NCBI GenBank assembly: GCA_048270185.1
Contig: JBLWTJ010000001.1
Span: forward strand, 1,696,001 to 1,760,000
From: Bacteriovoracaceae bacterium
Lineage (GTDB): Bacteria > Bdellovibrionota > Bacteriovoracia > Bacteriovoracales > Bacteriovoracaceae
Direction of reading: 5' to 3'
Length of the DNA stretch: 64,000 bases
Made by a program: the position numbers and the translations under genes. The notes under the pieces were generated by a model. It saw only the letters and a list, made by a program, of their open reading frames with translations, was not told the origin of the DNA and did no database searches. Every line of letters starts with the position of its first letter. Position 1 is the stretch's first letter. Of the stretch, positions 1 to 10,965 are shown piece by piece.

Positions 1-2
1 AT

Positions 3-2990
3 GCAGGATTCCTACTAAACTCAAGTACTGAATCATTCACAACAGACAGAGGGGCAACAGGTACAATTACGTATAAAGATAGTAATGGAAATATTTATGG
101 TACATTAACTTCAGGTCGAGTATATCCAGGAGATGTAATTGATAATGCCTTTCCATTTTCAAATGCAGAAGCAACAATTACAAATCTAAAGTATTTCTTC
201 CAACCAGATTCAAATATAAATCTGAAATTAGTTAATAACACTGCTGTTGCACCGGAGTCACATATTTCTTATGACAACAGCACAAAAATATCAATTACAC
301 CAGATCTACCGTCTTCTCTAAGGCTAGTAAAAGATGTTGATAGTCCTCTTTTTGGATATATTATCGATATTTCAGGAGCCAGCGATCACACATATCAAGC
401 GGCTAAAGAGTATACTGTTACCGTAGAAAATGATCTTACAGAGCGAACTTTTAAATTTGAACTTGGAATTGTAAACCCTCCAAGTAATCTCTCTTATTCT
501 CAAATGGCCGCTTTTAGAGTGAAGAACCTTATTCAGGCAACATCAGACTTTGTTGTAGGACAAAAAGTCTCTTCAGCACCTCTACCTCCATTAAGCTCTG
601 GAGCAACAGGTATCATTAAAAGAATTCTTGATATCGATGGAAATGAAAAGTATCTAATTGTCCAAGTTATCGATGGTGAATTCGTCAAAGATTCTTCACT
701 TGATAATTATAAGTCTTTCATTGATGAGGAAGCAGTCATACTTGATGATCCGAAAAGTCTTACTCACGTTATGCAAATAAACTCGACAGCAGACTTTAAC
801 CCTACTTATATCGCCGAAAGCCCATCTCTATGTATGAACTTTGGTGGTTCACCAACAGAATATGCAAGAGCAGTTGTTACGGCCAACCCAACAGAAAATT
901 CTACTAATCCGGCAGACCTTGACGGAACATTAAGCAAGTACCTATTTCTAAATCAAATTAGAGATCTTAATGATCCAAATTCAATGCATAACTTCAGGTC
1001 AAATATTACAACAGTTGAAGATTGTGATACAGCGGCAACCTACACAATGGAAGAGCTCTGGGCGCCTGTTATGCAAGCGACATTTTCAAATACATCAAAT
1101 CTTGTAAGTGGAATGGATTTATTAACAAATTCAGATCGAGCTAACCTTGTTGTTTCTGAAATTACAGGTACCACAGCACAACTTCAAAGTACAGATGGTA
1201 AAAGAATTACACTTGCATCAGGTGAACAATTCTCATACGTAAGACCATATACTACAGCTGTAGGTAGTACTATCACTCGATTTGATACTCTTGTAACATT
1301 TGAACTACAAAGAGGTGTTGAATCAAGTATTATTCCGACTCTTCCAAGAGGTGAGAGTATTACATATACGGTTTCTCCAGATCTACCACCAGGACTAAGT
1401 CTTGATGAAAGTACTGGTTTCATTTCAGGTTCTCCTGAAGTAGCAGCCGCTTCAAAGGAATATATTGTAACTGCTACAAATATTCTAGGTACTGCTTCTA
1501 CTGCATTTAACTTAATTATTGAGGACTATTTTGAAGTTGAAATTGATATTGCAAGTACTCCTAAATTTTATAGTCACAAAGATGGTGAATCCAACTTCTT
1601 TAATAAGTGTCGAATTAAAAAGCGTGATATTGCAAGTAATCCAAAATCAACCACGGCTGAAGTTGAAGATGTTGTAGATATCGATTGTTTTGTCGATGTA
1701 GGAGAAAATGATCTATACGGAAGTGATATAAACTTTAACGTAAAAGCTGGTCCAGGTATCTGTCATTCGGTTGAATACAAGCCATACTCATTCTTCAAGA
1801 GAAGACCTAACAAAACAACTGGTTCAAACTCAGGGATTGATTATGATGCATCAGCTCGTTATATTGTTCAAGTTGTAACGGGAGCGTCATCAGATTGTGT
1901 AGCAGCAACTGATACATCAGGTATCACAGATGACCTTGGAAATGTGACAGGAGTTTTAGGTTATACAGGAGATGGTATGTACATCAATAGTACCCTATTT
2001 GAAGGTGGTCTAGATGATTTATGTACAGGGAAGTATAACGATATCAACTGTGACAATGGCTCATTCGCGTATGCAACGATTAGCTATGCATATACACCAG
2101 AAGAAGTTGATCCAGATACAGGAACTGTAACAACTCCATCAAGCTGTGAAACGTCAGTCGAAACATTTACTCATAATTGTGAAGGAGATCCAAGAGCTTG
2201 TCTTGACGGACCTCTTGTATCACAAGTTGGTAGAGCTGCCGTTGACGGAGGAATGGTTGGAGTTATAACAAACTCTTTTTCGGGACTTGATACGACATAT
2301 ACACCGGATCGACCAATTGATAAGAGTGGTGCTTCAAACGTTTTTATTGCAAACTATACAAATAGTATTTCATGTGAAGATCCTACAAGAGTTGACTATT
2401 ACTCGGATGGAGTTAAGGCCCATGCGGCAAGAGCAAATATGTTCTTCTCTCCACAGAATATTGTTGACCCGTTAATTGGAGCTAATCCATTCTATACATT
2501 CAACTGTCTAGATCAAGCAAATGACCTACAAGCGAGAATTAATATTCATGTTAGAGATTGGGATTCTAAATTTGATCTAGCTAATATTGACAAAACAAGC
2601 CAGGCAACAGATTGGGGAATGGATAATGATAGTCTTGATGTCTTTGGTGAGTCATTTAATAAGTATAGTGACTGGGATGACTTAAATGAAGGATCTCAGT
2701 ATAGTGCCTGTGGTCCATCGACGGCCCCTACAATGGCAAATACTTATACTGCATTCCCAATTACAGCATCAGGCGATGCTAATAGTCTCTCCGTCGATAT
2801 TGCAGGTGGTGCTCCTTATGACTATGTTTATCCAGGTATGGACATTCAAATCGCTGGTGTAAACTATCAAGTAAAGGATGTTGGTGTTGATCAAATCTCA
2901 CTAACACTACCTCTTGAAACGACTGTTTCAGGAGCCGCTATTCAAGGTATACAGAGAATTCGATTCCCGGCATACCTATACGACTACTAA
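3..2990 (+). CDS. Large secreted/surface protein with putative Ig (He_PIG-like) repeats and Cys-rich C-terminal region; 5' end outside the window
   Basis: The frame of ORF 504..2990 is open back to position 3. It carries Ig-like repeats (ISITPDLPSSLRL...KEYTVTVEN; YTVSPDLPPGLSLDESTGFISGSP...YIVTATN) and is rich in S/T/D/N and Cys. Confidence 0.75.
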   Translation, partial: AGFLLNSSTESFTTDRGATGTITYKDSNGNIYGTLTSGRVYPGDVIDNAFPFSNAEATITNLKYFFQPDSNINLKLVNNTAVAPESHISYDNSTKISITPDLPSSLRLVKDVDSPLFGYIIDISGASDHTYQAAKEYTVTVENDLTERTFKFELGIVNPPSNLSYSQMAAFRVKNLIQATSDFVVGQKVSSAPLPPLSSGATGIIKRILDIDGNEKYLIVQVIDGEFVKDSSLDNYKSFIDEEAVILDDPKSLTHVMQINSTADFNPTYIAESPSLCMNFGGSPTEYARAVVTANPTENSTNPADLDGTLSKYLFLNQIRDLNDPNSMHNFRSNITTVEDCDTAATYTMEELWAPVMQATFSNTSNLVSGMDLLTNSDRANLVVSEITGTTAQLQSTDGKRITLASGEQFSYVRPYTTAVGSTITRFDTLVTFELQRGVESSIIPTLPRGESITYTVSPDLPPGLSLDESTGFISGSPEVAAASKEYIVTATNILGTASTAFNLIIEDYFEVEIDIASTPKFYSHKDGESNFFNKCRIKKRDIASNPKSTTAEVEDVVDIDCFVDVGENDLYGSDINFNVKAGPGICHSVEYKPYSFFKRRPNKTTGSNSGIDYDASARYIVQVVTGASSDCVAATDTSGITDDLGNVTGVLGYTGDGMYINSTLFEGGLDDLCTGKYNDINCDNGSFAYATISYAYTPEEVDPDTGTVTTPSSCETSVETFTHNCEGDPRACLDGPLVSQVGRAAVDGGMVGVITNSFSGLDTTYTPDRPIDKSGASNVFIANYTNSISCEDPTRVDYYSDGVKAHAARANMFFSPQNIVDPLIGANPFYTFNCLDQANDLQARINIHVRDWDSKFDLANIDKTSQATDWGMDNDSLDVFGESFNKYSDWDDLNEGSQYSACGPSTAPTMANTYTAFPITASGDANSLSVDIAGGAPYDYVYPGMDIQIAGVNYQVKDVGVDQISLTLPLETTVSGAAIQGIQRIRFPAYLYDY

Positions 2991-4372
2991 AGAACGCGAC
3001 CAACTAAATCAAAATCTAATACATCGGTGATCTCAACTTTAACGAGGTCACCGATTTCTAGCTCAGCCTCATTTAAGTCATTAATAATCACCTTTCCATC
3101 AATATCAGGAGCCTGACCAAAGTGGCGTCCAACAATTAATAGATCAGTATCTTCGTGAGTTCCTTCAACTAAGACTTCAACTGTCTTACCAAGAAAATCT
3201 TGATTAAGCTCACGAGCAATTTCTTTTTGGACTTCATAAAGGCGATCAAATCTTTCATCAATCACTTCTTGTGAGTTCTTATCTTTTAGGCGGTATGCTG
3301 GTGTCCCTTCCTCATCTGAATAGCGAAAGATACCAAGGTGATTAAAGCGTGCTTTCTGCACACCATCAAGAAGCTTTTGAAAATCTTCTTCTGACTCACC
3401 TGGAAAACCAACAATAATTGAAGTTCTAAGAACAATACCAGGGATTCTTTCACGGAGCTTTACAATTCTCTCCATGATCTTCTCACCCGTAATCTTACGA
3501 TTCATTCTCTTTAGAACGTAGTCTGAGAAATGTTGAACAGGCATATCAAGGTACTTACATACCTTTGAAGACGTTGCCATCTTCTCAATTACTTCATCAG
3601 TTAATTCATCAGGGTAAAAGTAGAATAATCGAACCCAATCAACCCCATCAACAGTCTCAAGACCAGATAGAAGTTCAAACAAATTATTTTCATCACTTAG
3701 ATCGACTCCATAATCAGATAGATCTTGTGAAATAAGATTTAATTCTCTAACACCTGATTCAGCTAATTGATTTGCTTCTTGAACAAGTGATTCAACTGTT
3801 CTTGATCTTAGGCGACCACGAAGAGTTGGAATAATACAAAATGTACAATTTCTATTACACCCTTCAGAGATTTTTAACCATGCCGTATAAAATGGTGAAG
3901 TGTTTAAACGTGGATCGAATTCAGTATGAATAAAGCGTGGAACTTCAACGAAAGACTTCTTCTCTAATTTATTATTTTCAAGGGCGGTTAAAAGTGGAAC
4001 GATTTTATTATACTCACCTGTTCCGATAAACATATCAACTTCAGGTAAACTCTTTTCTAACTCATCAGAGTATCTTTGGGCCATACAACCAGAAACAACA
4101 AGGGCCTTACACTTACCCATTTCTTCATTCTTATAATCTGCAAGATCAAGAATCATTTCAATAGACTCTTGTTTTGCAGCTTCAATAAAGGAGCAAGTAT
4201 TAACAACGATAACTTCACTTTTTTCTGGTTCAGTTTCGACTTTAAATCCATTCAGTCCCATATGCCCAAGCATAACCTGTGCATCAACTAAGTTCTTTGA
4301 GCAACCTAGTGAAGTAAAGTAAACCGTGCGGTCATTAAATTTTTGGTTAACTTGAGATGAAATCTCAGACAT
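2987..4372 (-). CDS. rimO: Ribosomal protein S12 methylthiotransferase RimO
   Basis: SLGCSKNLVD, NTCSFI, radical SAM CNRNCTFC, C-terminal APDIDG/TRAM domain. Start moved to the ATG at 4372, which follows a GGAG RBS. Confidence 0.95.
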   Translation of the reverse strand: MSEISSQVNQKFNDRTVYFTSLGCSKNLVDAQVMLGHMGLNGFKVETEPEKSEVIVVNTCSFIEAAKQESIEMILDLADYKNEEMGKCKALVVSGCMAQRYSDELEKSLPEVDMFIGTGEYNKIVPLLTALENNKLEKKSFVEVPRFIHTEFDPRLNTSPFYTAWLKISEGCNRNCTFCIIPTLRGRLRSRTVESLVQEANQLAESGVRELNLISQDLSDYGVDLSDENNLFELLSGLETVDGVDWVRLFYFYPDELTDEVIEKMATSSKVCKYLDMPVQHFSDYVLKRMNRKITGEKIMERIVKLRERIPGIVLRTSIIVGFPGESEEDFQKLLDGVQKARFNHLGIFRYSDEEGTPAYRLKDKNSQEVIDERFDRLYEVQKEIARELNQDFLGKTVEVLVEGTHEDTDLLIVGRHFGQAPDIDGKVIINDLNEAELEIGDLVKVEITDVLDFDLVGRVL

Positions 4373-4516
4373 ATAATTCTCCATTGAATAGATAAAGTAG
4401 GTACTTATAGTGGTGAAGCTACGTTTTTTCAAGCGGTTATGTAATTTTTTTAGGACGACTTCTGCCTATTTTCAGATACTTGAAGTAACTTCTAATAGGG
4501 CCTATGCTAGTAATTA

Positions 4517-6475
4517 ATGAAATTAATTAACTTAAGTATATTTATTTTGATATTGGCCTCTTGTACGAATTTATCAAGGCCTCCAAAGACTCGGGAAGAA
4601 TCTGGTGCGCTTACAAATTTACTCGTCAAGATAACAAAGAATAATCGTGTTTCATGTGAGGAATATAGTAAGCATATCTACACGCAATTTCCTCTTACTC
4701 CATGGCTAAAGGCAAATTATTATAAGAATTGCGCTTCTTCTTATGAGGAATTATCAACGCAGTATCTTGATACTAAGAGCTATCCTTTTTGGGCAAGAGA
4801 AGAACTAATCGATGCGATTATTGAAAGAAAGTCTTATGACGATACATATGTAAGTGCTGTTCTTAATAAAGTTGATTACTTAAACACAAGCGGTGAAATT
4901 GAAAGACTTCTAAAGGAAGCTCTAAGTAATTTTACAAAAGGTAGCCCGGGTTATGAAAAGATCTACAATAAGTTAATCGACCAATCTCCACGCTATATCG
5001 AAGTCCCAAAAAAAGAAGATTTCTATAATGTTGGTAAATCATTTGAGCGCGATCGCCAATTCGACAAGGCTCGTATCTTCTATCGTAAGATTATCAATGA
5101 TAAGGAAACGACCAAGGAAGATAAGGTTAAGGCCTGGTATCGACTTGCCTATGCATATAAGAGAGAACGCAAGGGTGATAGCTACCGCGATAATATTAGA
5201 GGTCTTGTCCTCTATCTACAAAAGAATCGTGATACACAGGAATTGAAAGAAGCTCATGCTGAACACACAATTACGCTTGCAAGAATCTACTGGACAGAAG
5301 ATAAGCTCCAAAGGGCAGTAAGAGTTCTTCGAAACTTACTACTGTATAAAGAAGTTCCAAATGAATTTATTGTCACTACATATTATACAATTGGTGGAAT
5401 CTTTGAAGACCTAAGAAAGTATGATCGCTCTATCAAGTTCTATAAGAAGGCCTTTGCTGCTATCGAAGGAGAGCATACACACCTAGAGAGTATCGTGTGG
5501 AATGTTGCTTGGACAAATTATAAAGCCGGCAATTACGAAGAGATGATTGATTGGTTTGATCGTTATCACACGCAAGCAAAAGAGACGAATTATCGTTTTC
5601 TTTATTGGAAATTTGTTGGCTTAAAAAAGCTTAACCGTTTTAATGATGCTCAGAAGCTACTTCTTAAAATACAAGAAGAAGATCAATTTGGTTACTACGG
5701 CCAGATTGCACACATGAATCACACCAAACTACAAAATATTGATTATCGAAAGCGTTATGATATCTCAATCGATGAACTTGCTTGGTCTGTCTATATTGGC
5801 AATACAGATCTTTCAAAGAAGATTATCGATAGTGAAGATAAAGTTGGATACAATGACCTCTATGCGGCCAAGTACTTCAATATTATGATTTTTAAATTCT
5901 TTAGAGAGAATGAGGAAAAGCAAAAAGAAATTCTGGCAAAGGACCCCCAGTTTGCATTCCCTCTAGCATTCAAGAATGAGTTTATTGAGAATAATCGTTC
6001 TAAAACTGTTACGACTCCACTGCTGATGAGTATTGCCAGACAAGAGTCTGCCTTTAATCAATATGCAAGATCTCCTGCTGATGCTTTTGGACTTCTACAG
6101 CTTATTCCAGAGCAAGGGAATAGATTATCAAAGAGATATAAGGTTCCCTTTGAAGGATACGAAGACCTTTATAATCCAAAGATTAATATTACTTTCTCAA
6201 GCCTACTTTTAAATGAGCTTATGATGAGAAGAAATAACAACTTCATCGATTTTGTTGCCAGTTACAATGCTGGAGGAACACCAGTAAAGAGATGGAGAAG
6301 TCGTATTAATCTTCCCGATCTTGAGTATATTGAAGAGATTCCATATAAGGAAACGAGAAAGTACGTAAAACTTGTCACAAGAAATTACCTAATTTACTCA
6401 AGACTTCTAAGTGATAAGCCACTTACACTAAAAGATAACTTTTTTAGAGGTGGATTTATTGATATGAAACATTAG
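4517..6475 (+). CDS. Lipoprotein lytic murein transglycosylase (TPR repeats + SLT domain)
   Basis: Lipobox LASC; TPR-like helices; SLT motifs RQESAF, GLLQLIP, SYNAG, ETRKYV. Confidence 0.9.
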   Translation: MKLINLSIFILILASCTNLSRPPKTREESGALTNLLVKITKNNRVSCEEYSKHIYTQFPLTPWLKANYYKNCASSYEELSTQYLDTKSYPFWAREELIDAIIERKSYDDTYVSAVLNKVDYLNTSGEIERLLKEALSNFTKGSPGYEKIYNKLIDQSPRYIEVPKKEDFYNVGKSFERDRQFDKARIFYRKIINDKETTKEDKVKAWYRLAYAYKRERKGDSYRDNIRGLVLYLQKNRDTQELKEAHAEHTITLARIYWTEDKLQRAVRVLRNLLLYKEVPNEFIVTTYYTIGGIFEDLRKYDRSIKFYKKAFAAIEGEHTHLESIVWNVAWTNYKAGNYEEMIDWFDRYHTQAKETNYRFLYWKFVGLKKLNRFNDAQKLLLKIQEEDQFGYYGQIAHMNHTKLQNIDYRKRYDISIDELAWSVYIGNTDLSKKIIDSEDKVGYNDLYAAKYFNIMIFKFFRENEEKQKEILAKDPQFAFPLAFKNEFIENNRSKTVTTPLLMSIARQESAFNQYARSPADAFGLLQLIPEQGNRLSKRYKVPFEGYEDLYNPKINITFSSLLLNELMMRRNNNFIDFVASYNAGGTPVKRWRSRINLPDLEYIEEIPYKETRKYVKLVTRNYLIYSRLLSDKPLTLKDNFFRGGFIDMKH

Positions 6476-7052
6476 CACCTTTAGGCACTTCTAAGATGAA
6501 GTGCTTCTTAGGGAAGCTTTTTACCGACTTAATATCAGATAACTCCAGATTAACCACTTTACCATCGGCATAGTTAATTTGGATTTGTGTAATATTTGCG
6601 AATTCCTTAGTACCATTAAAACTTAATTTCGTTTCAATCACTCCAAGTTGTTTAATAGCATCTTCGCTATAGACAAGAACACTATATTCTTTAGAATCCT
6701 TAACTTTATAACTCTTATTTGTCTTAAGCCCATGCTTTAAAAGATCAAAGAAATTAGAGAGACCTTTATCACTCCCCTTGTGAATGATAATTTCGGCAGG
6801 GTCTTCAGGCATGAATCCATCCCTTTTAATCCATGTTGTCTTTTCATTTGTTACATAAACAAGAGCGTCTGATCCACCTTGTACAAGTCTAAGCTTACCA
6901 GGATACTCATAATCGAAAGTACCATTTGAAACCTTTGGCGTTCCTGTAAGCTGGTTCTTAACAACTTGCTTGTAATTTGTTGAAAAAGACCTTGGGATAA
7001 AACCCAAGGCCATATTTGAAATTAGAATTAAAAGAAGTGCTTTAGTTTTCAT
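6456..7052 (-). CDS. lolA: Outer-membrane lipoprotein carrier LolA family protein
   Basis: Signal peptide; F..nYkQ...G.f.yeyPGKLR...yVtnekttW pattern; ~200 aa. Confidence 0.7.
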   Translation of the reverse strand: MKTKALLLILISNMALGFIPRSFSTNYKQVVKNQLTGTPKVSNGTFDYEYPGKLRLVQGGSDALVYVTNEKTTWIKRDGFMPEDPAEIIIHKGSDKGLSNFFDLLKHGLKTNKSYKVKDSKEYSVLVYSEDAIKQLGVIETKLSFNGTKEFANITQIQINYADGKVVNLELSDIKSVKSFPKKHFILEVPKGANVSYQ

Positions 7053-10000
7053 TACTGTAATTGTACCGAAACTGCCTTTGAAACACCAGGCTCCTGCATT
7101 GTTACCCCATATAGTGTATCATTTAGCTCCATTGTTTTCTTATTGTGAGTAATAAGGATGAATTGTGATTCAGCACTCATTTCACGAAGAAGTTCATTAA
7201 AGCGACCTACGTTGGCATCATCAAGAGGGGCATCAACCTCATCCAGAAGACAGAATGGTGATGGCTTAACAAGGAAGATTGAGAAGATAAGAGAAACGGC
7301 CGTCATTGCCTTTTCACCACCTGACATTAGGTTAATATTCTGCATTTTCTTCCCTGGAGGTTTGGCAATAATATCAACACCACACTCTGGATCATCAATA
7401 TCACCAACGACTTCAAGACGAGCTTCTCCACCACCAAAGATGATTGGGAATACTTTTCTAAATCTTGTATCAACCTCTTCAAAAGCGACTTTAAATCTCT
7501 CACGAGATTTCTCATCAATATGCTCAATAGCGGCCTGTAGATCTTCAAGAGATTTACGTAACTCAACTTCTTGAACTTTTAGGAAGTCATAACGTAGCTT
7601 TTGTCTGTCATAATCTTCAATTGCTTGCCAGTTAATTTCACCAAGGCGACCAAATTCAGATTTATAATTTTTAAGACGATGCCCTTGATCCTTAAGGTCT
7701 TGTCCATACTTTCTAATAAATTCAAATGACTCTTTTTCAATCTCTTTAGGGCCATTTTCTGTTTCCATAAAGTACATTGTTGAGATGTCATTGAGTTTTT
7801 CAAAGTCATCTTGACCGTACTCAAGATAACGTCCAATAGACTCACGAAGATCAACACGATATTTTTCAAAAATATTACGAACGTTTTCTTCTTCTTCATT
7901 TAGACATCTTTCAAGACGTACTTCTTTTTCAGTGATTTCTTTATCTGTCTTATTGATATTCTTTGTAAGTTCCTTAACTTGATCTTCACGCTCTTGCATC
8001 GCAAGTAGAAGCTCAGAGAACTCATCTTTCATAAGACTTAAAACCTCATCCTTACTTGCAAGAATATCAGCTTTTTCATTATTGTCATTTTCTAGCGTTT
8101 CAATTTCAACCTGAACATTCTCTAGCTCTTCTTCAAGCTTTGTGATTAATTCAGTATTTGTTTCACGTCTAAGGTTTTGCTTCTCGATTTGCTTTTCGAT
8201 ATCTTCACTTTGTGAACGAAGAGAGTTTACACGTTGCTCGAAAGTCTTCGCTTCAACCTGCTTTGAAACATAAACTTCACGATCTGCTTCATAAACTTCA
8301 TTCATTTCATTATAGCTATCTTTAAAGTCTTGTACTCTTTCAGCAATCGTTGAGATCGCTTCCTCAACTTCTTGCTTATCCTTATTGAAAGACTCTTCCT
8401 TTTCAAGAATTGCAAGTCGAAGCTTTGATGTTTCATCTTTTCTATTTTTCAGAATATCAAGACGAGTATTTCCCGACTCCATTGAAGCTAACTTTGACTC
8501 AAGTGCAGAATTCTTAGCTGCGTAATCGGCACGAGATTCACTTAGATTTAGTCTTGCTTCTTCTAGCTCATTAATCTTTGCTCTGAGAAGTTCATTAGAA
8601 GCATTAACACTCTCCTCTAACTCAACTACTTTTTCATTAAGAGTTACGAGTTCAGTATCAAGTGATTCAATTGTATTATTTCTCTCAATTGCACTTTGAC
8701 CTTGCTCTTGACTACCCTTCACATGAAGAACAGTTGCATTTTGACGATTTCTAATTTGGATATTTCCACTTAGATCACAGATCCCACCAAATGAAATTGA
8801 ACTCTCAAGGCTTGTAACTTTATCAAGATCAATCTGATCAACGATAAATAGGCTTGATAGATATGGAGTTAATTTAGACTTATATTCTTCTGGAAGTTCG
8901 ATAATATCGCTAAGAGTTGTTAACTCACTACCAAGTTTAACCGATAATCTCTCGCGAGCTTCAGCTGAAATTACATCAGCAGTCTTATCTGCAAGAAGGA
9001 TCTCAAGTGCACTTTCATCATTTTCAGTTACCCAGTTTTTAAGAAGTGAAAGGTCACTTTCCGAAGTAACTAGAGACTCAAGGAACTCTCCCAATAGTGC
9101 TGTGACTGCATTAGTATATTTATCATCACATTTGATAATATTTCCAAGCACAGTGTACTTATCTGAGTCAACTTCACTTAGGAACTTAGAAACACCTTCT
9201 TTAGCTCCTTCAAGTGAAGCTTGAATTTCTTTTAGAGAAGCCAAGCGAGACTGTTTTGTGATTTGCTCTTTTGTAAGAGTTTTTAATTCACTTTCTAAAT
9301 CGCGATCTTTAATCGTCAATTCATTTACAGTCTCTTTTAGACTTACTTCTTTTTCAGTTAATTCATCCACTAAATTCTTAGCGGTCATAACTTCATCTCT
9401 TTCTTTTGCTAGCTCTGTTGAAACTCCTGAGTATTGTTTTTCAATAGCTTCAATTTCAGTAGCAAGATCTTGAAGAGTTGCAGCATATTCTTCAAGTTTA
9501 GAATTATTTTGGAAAGCTTGTTGTTCCATTTTAACAAGCTCTTCTTTCTTAATTGAGAACTCTTCTTCAAGCTCACTAATTTGTGATTGCTTGTCTTCAA
9601 GCTCAGTCTTCATTGATTCTAGTTTTTCACTAGCGGCCTCATAGTCGTAATCTTCTTTAGAAGAAGTGATTACGTCATTGATTTCAGTTTCGATTTCTTC
9701 TTTCTTAAGAAGTCTTTCTTCAATCTCTTGGGCAAGTTCTTCAATTTCTTTCTGTCTTTGTTCTAACTGCTCTTCTTTATCAGTTAGTGACTTACAAAGT
9801 GCATTCAGTCTTTCTTCTGCTGCTGCTAATTTATTAGAAACTTCATTTCTTTCTTTTTGTAGTTCATCGATACGAGCAGTCTTCTCTTCTCTTTCGAATC
9901 TTTCTTCTTCTAAAGAAATTTCAAGACTATCTTTTGTTGTACTCCACTGCTCTAGTTGCATCTTCTTTTCAGTAAGGTCAGAACCACCATCACGTAGCTC

Positions 10001-10735
10001 ACGTAGGTCTTCAAATACTTTATGAGCAACAACAGAGATTTCAGTACGTTTGATTTTATCTTTAAGCGTACGAGCTCTTTCTGCTTTCTCCGCTTGCTTT
10101 TGTAGAGACTTTAGATTTTTTTCAATTTCAATTGTAAGATCATTTAGACGGTTTAAGTTCTGCTCAGTGGCTTCGATTTTTCTCATCGACTCTTTTTTAC
10201 GAACTTTAAACTTTGTGATTCCTGCAACTTCTTCAATCATCGAGCGACGCTCAACAGGTTTAGCCTGAACAAGTCTGTTGATCTCACCTTGAGCAATGAT
10301 TGAATACGACTTTGCACCTGCACCAGTATCCATGAATACTTCTTGAATATCTTTTAGACGAGCTGGCTCACCATTAATACGATATTCAGTATCACCATTA
10401 CGATATAATTTTCTTGTGAGCTGAATCTCTGAAGGGTTTGCAACCTTTCCACCGATGTGAATATGCTTACCGTGAGTGTTTTCAAGAACGAGAGTCGCCT
10501 CGGCCCAAGCCGCTGGATTATATTTAGAAGAACCCGCAAAGATTAGATCCTTCATCGAGTTTCCTCTTAGGTGTTTTGCTGATTGCTCACCCATGATCCA
10601 AAATAAGGCATCTACGATATTAGATTTACCACAGCCGTTAGGCCCAACAATCCCAGTAATTCCGTCGTCAAAGTTAATAATGGTACGATCTTTAAAAGAT
10701 TTAAAGCCCTGGATAATTAGTCTTTTCAGTTGCAC
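7052..10735 (-). CDS. smc: Chromosome segregation ATPase SMC
   Basis: GFKSF, Walker A GPNGCGKSN, long coiled coils, MSGGEK signature, LLDEVDAPLD. Confidence 0.97.
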   Translation of the reverse strand: MQLKRLIIQGFKSFKDRTIINFDDGITGIVGPNGCGKSNIVDALFWIMGEQSAKHLRGNSMKDLIFAGSSKYNPAAWAEATLVLENTHGKHIHIGGKVANPSEIQLTRKLYRNGDTEYRINGEPARLKDIQEVFMDTGAGAKSYSIIAQGEINRLVQAKPVERRSMIEEVAGITKFKVRKKESMRKIEATEQNLNRLNDLTIEIEKNLKSLQKQAEKAERARTLKDKIKRTEISVVAHKVFEDLRELRDGGSDLTEKKMQLEQWSTTKDSLEISLEEERFEREEKTARIDELQKERNEVSNKLAAAEERLNALCKSLTDKEEQLEQRQKEIEELAQEIEERLLKKEEIETEINDVITSSKEDYDYEAASEKLESMKTELEDKQSQISELEEEFSIKKEELVKMEQQAFQNNSKLEEYAATLQDLATEIEAIEKQYSGVSTELAKERDEVMTAKNLVDELTEKEVSLKETVNELTIKDRDLESELKTLTKEQITKQSRLASLKEIQASLEGAKEGVSKFLSEVDSDKYTVLGNIIKCDDKYTNAVTALLGEFLESLVTSESDLSLLKNWVTENDESALEILLADKTADVISAEARERLSVKLGSELTTLSDIIELPEEYKSKLTPYLSSLFIVDQIDLDKVTSLESSISFGGICDLSGNIQIRNRQNATVLHVKGSQEQGQSAIERNNTIESLDTELVTLNEKVVELEESVNASNELLRAKINELEEARLNLSESRADYAAKNSALESKLASMESGNTRLDILKNRKDETSKLRLAILEKEESFNKDKQEVEEAISTIAERVQDFKDSYNEMNEVYEADREVYVSKQVEAKTFEQRVNSLRSQSEDIEKQIEKQNLRRETNTELITKLEEELENVQVEIETLENDNNEKADILASKDEVLSLMKDEFSELLLAMQEREDQVKELTKNINKTDKEITEKEVRLERCLNEEEENVRNIFEKYRVDLRESIGRYLEYGQDDFEKLNDISTMYFMETENGPKEIEKESFEFIRKYGQDLKDQGHRLKNYKSEFGRLGEINWQAIEDYDRQKLRYDFLKVQEVELRKSLEDLQAAIEHIDEKSRERFKVAFEEVDTRFRKVFPIIFGGGEARLEVVGDIDDPECGVDIIAKPPGKKMQNINLMSGGEKAMTAVSLIFSIFLVKPSPFCLLDEVDAPLDDANVGRFNELLREMSAESQFILITHNKKTMELNDTLYGVTMQEPGVSKAVSVQLQ

Positions 10736-10950
10736 TTTGATTCACTCCGTCAATTTATCTCTATAATGTGTGTTGTGTAGGCCTTTAATCTACCATTTTA
10801 AGCATCATATCGTACACTTTTAATATTTCAGTTGCGCTAAACTAAAAATGTAATATCAGTAACTTACAGACTCACAATCCTAACAAGAACTAACATACCA
10901 AATAACAAAGTATGTATTTCGTACTAAGACTTTATCATTCGATGAAATCT

Positions 10951-10958
10951 GCCGATAA
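10951..10958 (+). promoter_or_regulatory. Candidate sigma28 -10 element (GCCGATAA) for the HD-GYP gene
   Basis: Exact FliA -10 consensus 7 nt before ATG 10966; the -35 match is poor. Confidence 0.35.
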
Positions 10959-10965
10959 GACAAAA

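Noticed and set aside
7158..10766. Multiple 60-140 aa ORFs overlapping smc, and similar ones over dnaK, scpA, meaB and pccB
   Set aside because: Antisense or alternate-frame shadows of well-supported genes
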